A stretch of DNA of 64,000 bases. It comes from Eledone cirrhosa (lineage: Eukaryota). Below, piece after piece: positions 38,320-51,317 of this stretch. Each line of letters begins with the position of its first letter. Within the stretch, counting starts at the first letter, position 1. The notes under the pieces are model-generated. The model worked only from the letters and a program-made list of their open reading frames with translations. It ran no database searches and was not told the DNA's origin. The stretch is taken from contig OZ024740.1 of assembly GCA_964016885.1 (NCBI GenBank), forward strand, positions 218,984,001 to 219,048,000. The letters are read 5' to 3'. A program made the position numbers and the translations under genes.

Positions 38320-41300
38320 TAAACAGTTCGAATAACGGTGAAGTGGAGACTGGAATGTCATGTGACAGACTCTCACCCAGCAGGTGCTCATTGACCCAGC
38401 AGCAGGGACCTGGCTGTCATCCAAATACTGCTGGTGTTGGAGGAAGAAGAAGGAAAGGGACCAGAACCAACTGGACGAAAGAATTGAATAGAACTGTTAT
38501 GCAATGTTACCTGAAGAGTAACCCCAAGGAGAAAGGCTATAGGAAACGGATGCATAACATCTGGAACGAGATTGGTCTATATAAATTAGATGAACAAAAA
38601 TTGGCTGGGCAGGCTCAGGTAATAAGAACTAATGGGTGGATAAGCGAGCTGGAACTGGAGGAACTCAGCAGAGAGATTAGATTGGAAATGGAGAGTAGAG
38701 TATGCCAGGCAAACGAGCCAGTGGGAAATGAATGTGAAGAGGTTGAGAGAACGGAGGAACCATCCGAAGCAGACAATGATCTGAATGCTGAAATAAATAA
38801 TACCTGGAACAAAGATACAGCCATTGAGGAAATGAATGCTGACGGGCTAGGACAAGATTTGGTTGATATCCTACACTTAGTGGTAGATGAAATGAACAAT
38901 GATAGTGGGAAACCTATGAACCTAAGTTTTGTAGACAGGAAAAAGTTAAAAGAAACAACAGCTAAGGTAAACAAAGTCATCCCATACCTTGAGGCGAGGA
39001 ACCTTCATCAGTGCAACAATAACCTCAAAGCAACAGCAAATGCGGTGAGGAAATTACTTGGCATAAAAGCGAGAGGAAACAACAAACAAGAAAGATCAGA
39101 ACCTTGGTGGAAGAAACGACTGAATGGTCAAATCAGGGAAATGAGAAATGACATTGGAAAGCTTGAGTTCCTACTGAATGGGACACTACAAAACATAGAC
39201 ACTAAAAATAGACTGGAAATAAAGTACAAAACTAGGAGGAAGAAGCTAAATATTATCATAGAAGAACTGAAGCAATGCATTGTAGCAAAGAGCACAAAGA
39301 TTAGGCGATATGAGAGCAGAGTCAGTCAGTATAGACAGAACCGCATGTTTGACAACAACCAAAAGATGTTGTTTGGACAGCTTGAAGGGAAAGAAAGAGG
39401 CAACGACTTGATCCCTGAGGCGGAACAAACTAAGACATTCTGGAGAGGAATATGGGAGCAGGATGTTAAACATAATGACCAGGCAGTGTGGATTGAGACA
39501 GTACAAAAGGAGATTAGTGAACAGGCACACCAACAAACTGATTTGAGTATCACAGTTGAAACTCTTAAGGAGCAGGCCAGAAAACTAACCAACTGGAAAT
39601 CACCAGGCCCAGATAGTGTGCAGGGGTATTGGATTAAAAATATAACATCCCTCCACTCGAAACTGACAACCATGTTCAATGACTGCTTGATGTCAGGTGA
39701 GGTACCAGAGTGGTTGACAAAAGGTACCACAGTTCTGGTAATGAAAGACCGAACCAAGGGTAATGATGTTACCAACTATAGACCTATCATATGTCTGTCG
39801 GTAATGTGGAAACTGTTACAAAGCATTGTGTCTGAGGAAATCTACCATCACCTCCACATAAACAACTTGTTATCGGACAAACAGAAAGGATGCCGAAAGA
39901 AGTCCTGTGGTACAAAGGACCAGTTACTTATTGATAAGATGGTAATGAGGAATTGCAGGAGGAGACACACTGGTCTTGCCATGGGATGGATAGACTACCA
40001 AAAGGCATTCGACATGGTACCTCATTCTTGGATAACCAAAAGCCTAGAGATCTTCAAGGTGGCAGATAACATCAGACAATTGTTGAGCAAAAGTATGAAG
40101 TCCTGGAAAACAGAGTTAATATCGGGCGGAGAATCCTTGGGAGGCGTGAAGATCAAGAGAGGTATCTTCCAGGGAGATAGTTTGTCCTCTCTGTTGTTTG
40201 TCCTTGCTCTGATCCCCCTGACCATTATACTGCGAAAAGTGAGAGCAGGATACAAGTTGGGAAAGGGAGAGCTTACCATCAATCACCTCCTCTTCATGGA
40301 CGCTCTTAAGCTCTTCGGGAAGAGTGAGAAGGAGTTGGATGTGCTTATTGATACTGTCCGTATTTTCAGCAATGATATATGTATGCAATTTGGTATTAGT
40401 AAGTGTGGAGTCCTTGTGATGAGGGGTAAATTGAGCAGAAGCAACGGAATCCAGGTACCAACAGTTGAGATGATAAAGGAAATTGATACTGAAGAAGGAT
40501 ACAAATATTTAGGTGTTCTGGAGGCTGATGACATCAAGAACAAAAAAAATGAAGGAATTGATAAGATCTGAATACATTCGGAGAGTAAGGAGCGTATTAA
40601 AGTCACATCTGAACAGTAGGAATGCCATAAGTGCAGTAAATTCCCGAGCTGTGTCTATTATTAGGTACAGTGCGGGAATTCTGAGATGGAATGTTGCTGA
40701 ACAAAAAGAAATGGATAAGAAGACTAGGAAGCTATTGACTATCTACAATATGTTCCACAAGAGGAGTGATGTCGATAGACTCTACTTAAGGAGATCTGAA
40801 GGTGGCAGAGGTCTTATCAGCATAGAGGACTGTGTTCAGATGGAGAAAAACAACCTACACAAATACGTGACTGATAGTAAGGAGCCAATGCTCAGAACTG
40901 TACTGAAGGAGGGGACAATAGACCAGGTGATGTCCAAGGAGGAAATAACATCAAGGAGAAAGAGCAACCTTCATGAAAAATCCCTTCATAGTACCTTCTT
41001 TGAGAAAACTGAATTTAGATATCCACAGACATGGAACTGGTTGAAAAGAGGAGACCTTAAAAAGGCTACAGAAGGAATGTTAATGGCTGCGCAGGAGCAG
41101 GCCCTCAAAACGAAGTGGTTGAAACACCATATTTACAAGGAGGAGGCTAGCCCACTGTGCAGGATCTGTGGAGAGAGAGAGAGGAGACTGTGGCTCACAT
41201 TGTATCCGAGTGTAAAAACCTAGCCCAGACTCACTATAAGGGCTGGAGACATGATGTGATGGGCAGGGTGATCCACTGGCACCTATGCAAAGTAAACAAT

Positions 41301-41808
41301 TTACCACATTCTGAGAAGTGGTATGAGCATCAGCCAGAGTCGGTGATAGAAAACGATCAGGTGACGGTGCTGTGGGATTTTAGGATACAGACGGACAAGA
41401 AACTAGAACACAATAGACCTGACCTGGTGGTTGTGGACAAAGAAAAAAGATTGTGCATGATTGTAGATGTAGCCTGCCCATTCGACACAAGAGTGCAAGA
41501 GAAGGAGAGGGAGAAAATTAACCGATACCAGGACTTAAAGTGGGAGGTAAAAAGGATTTGGAACTGCCATGAAGTCAAAGTGATCGCCATTGTCATAGGC
41601 GCACTAGGGACTATCTCAAAAAGTTTCCAGGGATGGTTAAAGAAAATTGGCCCCTTCACGCTTTTTGGAACGCTTCAAAGGGCATGCTTGCTGGGAACAG
41701 CAAGAACCCTCCGATATGTCCTGAATATCTGAGGCTGCAGGTAGTGGCTTGATATTCATTTCAACAAACTTTCCAGTTAACTAACATCAATGACTGAGAC
41801 TCAAAGAA
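38320..41808 (+). mobile_element. Near full-length R4/Dong-clade LINE (RT + CCHC + restriction-like endonuclease)
   Basis: ORFs 38343..40571, 40513..41223 and 41157..41732: WKSPGPD, NYRPI, WIDYQKAFD, GIFQGDSLS, HLLFMDALK, YKYLG, CRIC..ETVAHIVSEC, RHD, RPDLVV..VDVACP, LGTAR. Bounded by (AAT)n. Confidence 0.93.
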
Positions 41809-41824
41809 TAATAATAATAATAAT

Positions 41825-41935
41825 GCTTTCTTTATTAACCACAAGGGTTTACATAAAGTAGACATTAAGGACAGTACAGGACAATACAGGATGGTACAAA
41901 TGGGCATTTCTGCGTGTAAAAAAAAACAGAGGATG
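41825..41935 (-). mobile_element. Short 3' terminus related to the Tx1 element
   Basis: AATAATGCTTTCTTTATTAACCACAAGGG..AGGACAGTACAGG resembles AATAATGATTTCATTTATTGGCCACAAGGG..GGGACAATACAAAG at 27566-27620. Confidence 0.65.
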
Positions 41936-41954
41936 TAATAATAATAATAATAAT

Positions 41955-43067
41955 AAGGGAATCACATGATTGGATGATCAAACTCGTTTTGAAACACGAA
42001 AGCATCAAAAGATCATACTCCATTACAAAAGATGCACAAAGATACAGTAATGGACTACAAATTTCAGAAGTCCCATTTACTGCTGAAATGGAAAACACAG
42101 AAAAAGCAAAGCAGGTAAAAGTAACTGCAAAGAAAGAACTGCTACAGAAACTGGCTAAGAAATGGCAAGAAAAGCCTCTGTATGGAAAATACCCAGAAAG
42201 AGCTAACAATCCTGATGTTGACAAAACTTTAATCCATCAGTGGTTGGCATCCTCTGGACTGAAATCAGAGACTGAAGGACTGATTATATCAGCACAAGAT
42301 CAGTGTCTGCCAACAAAAAATTACCAAGCTAACATAATAAAAAATGGATGCAACCCATTATGCCATGTATGTAAAAAACAACCAGAGACCATTGATCATA
42401 TCATTTTAATGTTCAGTCCTATAGCTCCAACCAAATACCTAAACAGGCATGACAGAGCTGCACAATACATACATTGGATGTGTAAACATTTTGACCTGCC
42501 CCATCAAAAGAATTGGTGGGAGCATCAACCACCTCCCATACTTGAAAAAGATCACATCTCAATCTTGTGGAACTTTAGCATCCAAACAGACCAAAAAAAT
42601 AGATGCAAATAGATCTGATATAATACTGAAGGACTTAAAAAAGAGGGTATGCCTGCTAATTGATATGTCCGTTCCAATAGACAAGAATGTATCTATAAAA
42701 ACATTTGAAAAATTGAGCAAGTATAAGGACCTGGCGATAGAAATTGGAAAAATATGAAAATTGAGAACTAAAACAATACCAGTGGTTGTAGGCGCTCTAG
42801 GAATGATACCTAAGGGGTCTAATGATTTCTTATCGCAAATTCCAGGAAACCTGCGTATAGGAGAAATACAAAAGTTAGTACTAATGGGAACTGTCCATAT
42901 ACTAAGGAAGATTCTGTCAATATAAGTACATCACAAGTCTAAACACCTAAAGATGCATGTGTGTATGTATGTTCTTTCTTGAACATGGTGGACCTTGTTG
43001 TCTCTTGAGGTCACTGGTTGTGACTTGTTGATAACTCGTACGAACATAAAGCAAGATAAATGCAACT

Positions 43068-43068
<1 letters not shown>
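41955..43068 (+). mobile_element. 5'-truncated R4/Dong-type LINE, third family
   Basis: WQEKPLYGKY..WL..GLKSETEG..AQDQCL..CHVCKKQPETIDHI..YLNRHD..KLSKYKDLAIEI; ends in (AAT)n. Confidence 0.88.
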
Positions 43069-43101
<33 letters not shown>

Positions 43102-43364
43102 CCAAAACAAAATAAACTATCAAAGAAATCAGAACTAACAAAATAGATAACAATAAATAATGCAACAACAACAACAACAACAATAGCAACAATGTGAATA
43201 ACAAGCTAAAAGTGTAATGACATTAAAAACATTTATATGAAAAAGAAAATCTGAAAAAAAATCAAACAATGATAAAAATAAACAATAGTAATGAGCCTCA
43301 GAAATGTTTTTTTTTTAATATGATTCAGTAAACAGTAACAATAACAAAAAAATCAATAACATGA

Positions 43365-43448
43365 AAAGTATATGTATGTATATCTGTATATATATGTATA
43401 TGTCATTATATACATATATATATATAAGTATATATATATATACTTATA

Positions 43449-43498
<50 letters not shown>

Positions 43499-43519
43499 TA
43501 CATATATTATATATATATG

Positions 43520-43551
<32 letters not shown>

Positions 43552-43650
43552 CATATACATACATTCATACATACATACATAAATATACATACATACATAC
43601 ATAATACATATATACATGCATAATACATACATAATGCATACATACATACA
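43365..43650. repeat. (TA)n/(TACA)n compound microsatellite
   Basis: Direct reading. Confidence 0.95.
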
Positions 43651-44062
43651 ATAAACACTAAAAATCAATGACACACACAAACAAAAAAAACAACGTACAA
43701 TACAAATGCAAAATCAAAAAGGAACAACAAAACAAAACAAAAATAAATAACAAAACAAAAAAATAAATAACAAAGCAAAAAAAACAAAACAATAAAAATG
43801 GCAGCAAGCTGAGGCATCAAGTTACACGGCATAAAATAGCTGTAGTTTCTGGTCTGACAAAGAATGAATGCCACCGGAAAGTTGTTGATTTTTCTTTCTA
43901 TTGAATAAGGTATTGTTGTAAGCTGTTCTTCTTTTATAGTTTCTCACATATAAGTTTTGTTTGTCAGCAGACAAATATACAAGGAATATGAAAGACTTTG
44001 GAAATGTGCTTCGGCATTTGCGTAATCAGAATTCAGTTATTTATTCCATTGGTTTATTTACA

Positions 44063-44530
44063 AAGAAAAAGAAGAAGAAGAAGAAGAAGAAGAAGATGAA
44101 GATGAAGAAAGAGGAGGAGGTGGAGAAGAAGAAGAAGAAGAAGAAGAAGAAGAAGAAGAAGAAGAAGAAGAAGAAGAAGAGGAGGAGGTGGAGAAGAAGA
44201 AGAAGAAGAAGAAGAAGAAGAAGAAGAGGAGGAGGTGAAGAAGAAGAAGAAGAAGAAGAAGAAGAAGAAGAAGAAGAGGAGGAGGAGGTGGAGAAGAAGA
44301 AGAAGAAGAAGAAGAAGAAGAAGAAGAAGAAGAAGAAGAAGAAGAAGAAGAAGAAGAAGGATGAGAAGGGGAAGAAAAACAATAAGGATGAGGTGAAGGA
44401 GGAAGAGGAGGTGGTGGGTGAGGATGAGGCGGGGTGGAGAAGGAGAAAGAAGAAGAAAGAGAATAGGGGTGGGGTGATGGAAGTTGAAGGAAGAAGAAGA
44501 AGAAGAAGAAGAAGAAGAAGAAGAAGAAGA
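44063..44530. repeat. (GAA)n/(GAG)n purine-rich trinucleotide tract
   Basis: Direct reading. Confidence 0.95.
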
Positions 44531-44709
44531 CATTGGCAGAAGAAAGAAACTGTTTTTAGCCATACTTATTTCATTTGATAATCTTTTAACCTGGAATATT
44601 ATGGCGCAAGTTTTTGTTGTATAAAATTTATCTTCCATACAGTTAATTGCATCTTCTAACAGAATATACTCTCAGAAATTTCCATATTTTAGCAGAATAT
44701 ATGAAAGTA

Positions 44710-44753
44710 ACATCGTCATCCATATCATCATCATCATCATCATCATCATCATT

Positions 44754-44789
<36 letters not shown>

Positions 44790-44877
44790 GTCATCATCAT
44801 CATCATCGTCATTGTCATCATCATCATCATCACCGCCATCATCATCATCATCATCATCATCATTATTATTATTATTT
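44710..44877. repeat. (ATC)n repeat, probably the tail of a minus-strand RTE remnant at about 44880-45380
   Basis: Adjacent minus sequence encodes GRPR.TW.EMVKADLRMLNFTKEMT, like 53110-53350. Confidence 0.7.
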
Positions 44878-45679
44878 TAACATCTAAATTTTTTCCTCCA
44901 TACTTGTCTCTTTTCTTTGTCATCTCCTTTGTGAAATTCAACATCCTGAGATCTGCTTTCACCATTTCTAGCCATGTCTACCTTGGTCTCCCTCTTCTGT
45001 GGCCTCCTTCCTTCCACTTGGAACTCTTGGCACTTCTTCAAAACTTTCACCTCTTCCGGCCATGTCTACCTTGGTCTCCTTCTTTCATGGCATCATTCCA
45101 CTTGGTACTCCAGGCACTTCTTTACTTAAAGATCATCATCTATGTACATTACATGTTCATACCAACAATCTCCTCTCACACACAGCATTTGGTTCTTCAT
45201 ACACCTAAGCATACTTTCAAGTTGTTTGTACTTTAATTCTGTCCAAGCTTTACACATTCTCTACATTCAATATCAATATCTCACTCCCATGCAACAATGG
45301 ACTATGTTCAGGATCATTATATAATCTATCCTTCACTTAGAGAGAGAATCCCTGTGCATTATAGCCTTCAGAACTTTTTCCACTCTATGTAGAAGAAAGT
45401 AAAATGTGTTCAAGACCAATCAAGTGGGGGAAATAGTACAGTATTCCAACATTTGCTGATTCTCAGTGCTTCTCCATTATGTGGATGTAGAATGGAGCTC
45501 CATCAGTTTTGACAATCTGTGTTCCAGTTCTTCAATTAATAGAGCAGGCTGTTCATGAAATTAACGTATAAATGGTTGAGCATTCCACAGACATGTGTAC
45601 CCTTGTAGTTCTCAAGGAAATTCAGCATGACACTGTGTGACAAAGCTGTCCTTTTGAATTACAGGTACTGTCCACCCAA

Positions 45680-46600
45680 TGGACTTCCTAACAGTTTCCA
45701 TCTAATCAATTTCACTCACATATCACGGGTTGACCCAAGGCCATGGTAAATGAAACTTGCTCAAGATACCACATTGCCTAGGATACCACACAGCCTAGGA
45801 TACCACACAGCCTAAGATACCACACTGCCTAGGATACCACACTGCCTAGGATACCACACTGCCTGAGATACCACACTGCCTAGGATACCACACAGCCTAA
45901 GATACCACACAGCCTAAGATACCACACTGCCTGAGATACCACACTGCCTGAGATACCACACTGCCTAGGATACCACACTGCCTAAGATACCACACTGCCT
46001 AGGATACCACACTGCCTAAGATACCACACTGCCTAGGATACCACACAGCCTAAGATACCACACTGCCTGAGATACCACACTGCCTAAGATACCACACTGC
46101 CTAGGATACCACACAGCCTAAGATACCACACTGCCTGAGATACCACACTGCCTAAGATACCACACTGCCTAGGATACCACACTGCTTAAGGTACCACACT
46201 GCCTAGGATACCACACTGCCTAGGATACCACACTGCCTAAGATACCACACTGCCTAGGATACCACACTGCCTAAGATACCACACTGCCTAAGATACCACA
46301 CTGCCTAGGATACCACACTGCCTAAGATACCACACTGCCTAGGATACCACACAGCCTAAGATACCACACTGCCTGAGATACCACACTGCCTAAGATACCA
46401 CACTGCCTAGGATACCACACTGCTTAAGGTACCACACTGCCTAGGATACCACACTGCCTGAGATACCACACTGCTTAAGATACCACACTGCCTAAGATAC
46501 CACACTGCCTAGGATACCATCTGCCTAATATACCAGACTGTGGGATCAAACCAATAGCCTAATGATTGTGAAGCTAATTCTTTAGCCATTCAGCAACATT
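45680..46600 (-). mobile_element. tRNA-derived SINE (family B) interrupted by a 17-bp array
   Basis: Left flank reads on minus GTGGTATCTTGAGCAAGTTTC..CCTTGGGTCAACC and the right flank carries a B-box-like GGTTTGATCCC. Array-free relatives at about 34115-34230 and 63335-63460. Confidence 0.6.
45762..46535. repeat. 17-bp minisatellite GATACCACAC(T/A)GCCT(AG/AA/GA), about 45 units
   Basis: Direct reading. Confidence 0.97.
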
Positions 46601-47099
46601 GCATCCACGATCATAAAAGGCCCTAAGATATTTACTCCTTTCTTTGTCTCTCAAACACCTGGCATTAAACATTAAATGCAATATTTGTAAACTGAACTCT
46701 CTGGAAAACTGGCTGAAGCATTAGTGTGGCAAATAAAATGCTCTGTGGAATATATGTTCCAAGTTCAAACCCTGCCAATATCAACATTGCTTTGCATCCT
46801 TCTAGCCTAGCATGTGATAACCTCTCTAGTGCTGGTGCCATGATAAAATGCACCCAGTATATCCTGTAATGTGCTAGTATTGCAACCATGATAGAATGCA
46901 TACAGGCCACTCTATAAACTAGTAGTACTGGAATAACGAAAAACATCTAGTACACCTTGAAATGTAATTGGTGTTAAGAAGGGCATAACAACCATACCAA
47001 ATATGGAATGCAACGAGCAAGATTAGGCATTCTGACCTGTCTGGTCTTGGACTTTGATAATGTATTCAATCCATGCCAGAATGGGACGCAGACATAAAA

Positions 47100-47130
<31 letters not shown>

Positions 47131-47580
47131 ATAATTTGTTTTTGTTTTCATTATAATGACATAAGTGTGATAGATTGGCAAAATTATTAGAGTGTCAGGC
47201 AAAATACTTTAATGTGTTTCATTATGGCTCCTTATGTTCTGCGTTCAAATCCCACCAAGATCAACTTTGCTTTCATCCTTCTGGGATCGATAACATAAAA
47301 TACCAGTCAAGTACTAGGGTTGATATAATCGACTTTTTCCTTTCCCCTAAGCTGTTCACCTTGTGCTCAAATTTAAAACAATTCTAATGACATATGATGG
47401 CAGTGTCACATTTAGTTAGGGCTGTTTACATATAAAGTTCAAATCCTACAGTGAGCAACATTAACATTCATCCTTCCAAGGTCGATAAAATAAAGTACCA
47501 GTCACGTACTGGTGTTGATGTAATCAACTTTTCTCTCCCCACAAATTGCGGGCCTTGTGCCTGAATTTGAAACCATAATA

Positions 47581-47901
47581 CAAGGTCTGATGAAAAGTTC
47601 ATAGGCTGACTATAAAAGATTGATGCTAGAGCTGTGAGATCTTACATGCATTAATTTCAACTCTTTTTATTAATAACTGCATTGTTTCTTTCCAGGGACT
47701 ATGTTGAAAAATAAACCTCATTTGGTCATTCCATGAGAGTATCTCAGTCAGTCTATGAAGGAGTGATGCTAGAACTGTGAGATCTTGCATGCATTAATTT
47801 CAACTCATCTTATTAATAACTGCATTGTTGAAAAATAAATCTCATTTGGTCATTCCATGAGAATATCTTGGTCAGTCTATGAATTTTTCAGCCAGCCCTT
47901 G
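47581..47901. mobile_element. mariner-like MITE with internal tandem duplication
   Basis: TA|CAAGGTCTGATGAAAAGTTC ... GAATTTTTCAGCCAGCCCTTG|TA. The interior block TGATGCTAGA..GTCAGTCTATGAA occurs twice. Confidence 0.78.
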
Positions 47902-48115
47902 TAATATATGAGTTACAAAGGTTTTATGATAATACTGTCACTAAATATAGCAGCTTTGTGACAATTCTTTGCAAAGATATATTCTGTTGAAAGTGTCATT
48001 TACCTGAATGGTATTTGTGTTAGTCGCCCACCTAAAAAATCTAGATAAACTGAAAACAGATTAAAAAATAGTTAGAATAACAGAGAGACATAACAGTGAA
48101 AATAGTTCCAATGTA

Positions 48116-48160
<45 letters not shown>

Positions 48161-48461
48161 CTAGACAGATACACAACTACACAAAGATGCATATACACAC
48201 ACAATTACACACACACATAAATACATGTGTATGTGTATATATATATATGCAACGGATGAAAAAAGAGGATGATGATGATGATGATGATGATAGTGATGAT
48301 GATGATATGTGTATATAAAAAATATGATGAAAAAATATGATGATGATGATGATGATGATGATAGTGATGATGATATGTGTGTATGTAAAAAATGAACAGA
48401 AATAACAAAGCAAACAACACAGTACAATGAGGAAATATATTAGTTTAGCATTTGAAATAAT

Positions 48462-48649
48462 TGTTTCTACTTTTGGCACAAGGCCAGCAATTAACCAGTA
48501 CATTACTGGTACTTTATTGTATTGACCCCGTAAGGATGAAAGACAAAGTTAATCTCGGCGGAGAGTTGAACTCAGAATGGCAAGGGCCGTAACTCTATGC
48601 GTCAAAGCATGGCATCCGACCCTCTACTGATACTGCCAATCCACCACCC
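48462..48649 (-). mobile_element. Full-length family-A SINE with 16-bp TSD (1 mismatch)
   Basis: TAGC(A/C)TTTGAAATAAT at 48446-48461 and 48650-48665. Confidence 0.9.
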
Positions 48650-48831
48650 TAGCCTTTGAAATAATAGGAAGTATATATGCTCATACATTTAACTACATAA
48701 ATACATATATATACATAAACACACACACACACAACTACACAAAGACAAACCTACACACATATAAAGACATATATACACATACACATGCAATTACAATTAC
48801 ACAAACACACACATTCACAGATATATATATG

Positions 48832-49165
48832 TGAAGGTGCATGGCTTAGTGGTTAGAGCATCGAGCTTACAATCGTGAGCTTATGGGTTTGATTTTTGGA
48901 TCGAGCTTTGTGTTGTGTCCTTGAGCAAGACACTTTATTTCACATTGCCTCAGTTTATACAGCTGTAGAAATGAGTTGCAATGTAACTGGTACCAAGCTG
49001 TATTGGCCATTGCCTTTCCCTTGGACAACATCTGTGGTGTTGAGAAGGGAGACTGGTATGCATGGGCAACTACTGGTCTCCCACAAACACACCTTGACCG
49101 GACTTGTGCTTCGGGAGATAAATTTCTAGGTGCAAAACCATGGTCATTCGTGAGCAATAGGGGTC
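48832..49165 (+). mobile_element. tRNA-derived SINE (family C) with CORE-like domain
   Basis: A box TGGCTTAGTGG, then GTGTCCTTGAGCAAGACACTT..CCTCAGTTT..GCTGTAGAAATGAG resembling the MIR/CORE domain. Reverse copies at 20545-20700, 59760-60070 and 60760-60895. Confidence 0.72.
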
Positions 49166-49195
49166 TTTTATATATTTATATATATATATATATCT

Positions 49196-49917
49196 ATGTT
49201 GTTTACTTGTCCCCCTCGCCTTACGCGAATTCTGGTCCCAATAACTTTTTTTAGTTATTGCTCGCACCAGCCTGAGGTATATGATTTTTAATGCGATGAA
49301 ATACCAATGATGGTTGGAAAATCACTGACGAAGGACTATTTTTATCATATGTAACCCATGTGCAAACCACGCAGTATTCTTCTTTCTTCTCATGTTTTTT
49401 ATATATATTTACCTCGGCTGCGTTTGTCTGTTTCTCTCTTACTGCTTCCCCGCTCTCTCTGTTTCTCTCACCTTCTTTCGCCCCTCTGTCAGTTACACTT
49501 TCTCTCGACTGATCTCTTCCTCACACTTCCACTCACTCACTCTCTGTTTCTCCCCTTCTCACTTCCTCCTGTTTGGCTTGTGTGGGTCTCTTCTTGCTCA
49601 CATCTCACACACATCAACACGGTCTGTACCTCTCTCGCTCATGAAATCCACCCAGCTTATGCTGACCGGACAACCATGTTGCTTGTTTATTTTCCTATCT
49701 TAGGTTTGCTATTATCCTTCTATATTGTTTACTTGTCCCCCTCTCATTACATGAGTTCTGGTCCCAATAACTTTTTTTAGTTATTGCTCGCACCAAACTG
49801 AGGTATCTGATTTTTAATGCGATGAAATACCAATGATGGTTGGAAAATCACTGACGAAGGACTATTTTTATCATATGTAACCCATGTGAAAACCACGCAG
49901 TATTCTTCTTTCTTCTC

Positions 49918-49924
<7 letters not shown>
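49196..49924. repeat. Two ~200-bp direct repeats (526-bp period) around a non-coding spacer, inside (TA)n
   Basis: CTTGTCCCCCTC..TCTGGTCCCAATAAC..CTGACGAAGGAC..TTCTTCTCATGTTTT at about 49196-49400 and 49724-49924. Confidence 0.85.
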
Positions 49925-50005
<81 letters not shown>

Positions 50006-50032
50006 CATATATATAAATATATATATATATAC

Positions 50033-51317
50033 GGGAACTCCTGTATGCAGATGACCTCGCACTTATAGCTGAATCTATGGTAGAACTAGAGAAGATATTC
50101 CAAACTTGGAAGCAGGGACTAGAAAGAGAGGGTCTCAAAGTCAACATGACAAAGACTAAGGTCCTTGTAAGTAGACGAGAAAACAGAACCCAGATCCCCT
50201 CAGGGAAATGGCCTTGCTCAGTATGTAGGAAAGGTGTAGGTAGGAACTCCATTCTCTGCCCCAAATGCAAACAATGGGTACACAAGAGATGTAGCGGGAT
50301 CTCAGGAAGCTTAATTAAGAATGTAGGCTTCACATGTAGCAGCTGTGCTGGGACAGCAAGCAGCAAACATCCACAGGAAACAAGTACCACCAATCTCTGG
50401 GAGGGCTCTGTAGAGACAGTAGACAGCTTCTGCTACCTAGGTGACCGAATTAGCAACGGAGGTGGGTGTTCAGAAAGTACAATAACTAGAGTAAGAACGG
50501 GATGGAAGAAGTTCAGGGAACTACTGCCACTGCTAGCTGCAAAAGGCTTCTCCCTCAAAATGAAAGGCAGACTGTATGATGCGTGTATCCGAACAGCAAT
50601 GTTACATGGTAGTGAGACCTGGGTGCTGAAGGTGGAAGATTTACGTAGATTAGAAAGAAATGAAGCCTGCATGCTACAATGGATGTGTAATAGTAATATA
50701 CGCGAATGGCAAAGCATAAATGAATTGAGAGAGACGCTGAGCATCAGAGGAATCAAATGCTGTGTGCAGGAGAGGCGGATGCGTTGGTATGGACATGTGA
50801 TGTGTATGAAGTATGACAGCTGCATAAAAAGGTGCAGAGCACTAGAAGTCAATGGAAGTCGCGGAGTGGGGAGACCCAAGGAGACTTGGGATGAGGTGAT
50901 AGGGGCCGACCTTACCCAGTTGCACCTCTCAAAAGCGATGACACATGACCGTGACCTCTGGCATCACGCAGTAATACAGAGTACCCGACCTCCCATGGAT
51001 TCAAGCTGAAGCATATAGACAATATGCCCCCCCCCCTCCCACTGCAAGGTGGTCGTGGAGGTGCCACGGTAAAAAAGCACCCAGCCCACACTGTAAAGTG
51101 GACGTGTAGGCGTCACGGAAAAAAGCACCCAGCACTCACTGTAAATGAGGTTGGTATTAGGAAGGGCATCCAACTGTAGAAACCAAGCCAAAATCAGTTC
51201 CTGTATGAGCAAGGCATGGTCAGCCGACCAGACACTGCCCACAACAGGACAACCCGTCTAACCCATGCTAGCATGGAAGAACGGACGCAAAACCATGATG
51301 ATGATGATGATGATGAT
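50033..51317 (+). mobile_element. 5'-truncated RTE-clade LINE with (GAT)n tail
   Basis: Begins at ELLYADD inside (TA)n; ORF 50077..51009 is nearly identical to the C-terminal part of 53813..56308. Confidence 0.93.

Noticed and set aside
45762-46535. Common ancestry of the two 17-bp arrays
   Set aside because: Only about 7 of 17 positions match and each unit is explained by its own flanking transposon.
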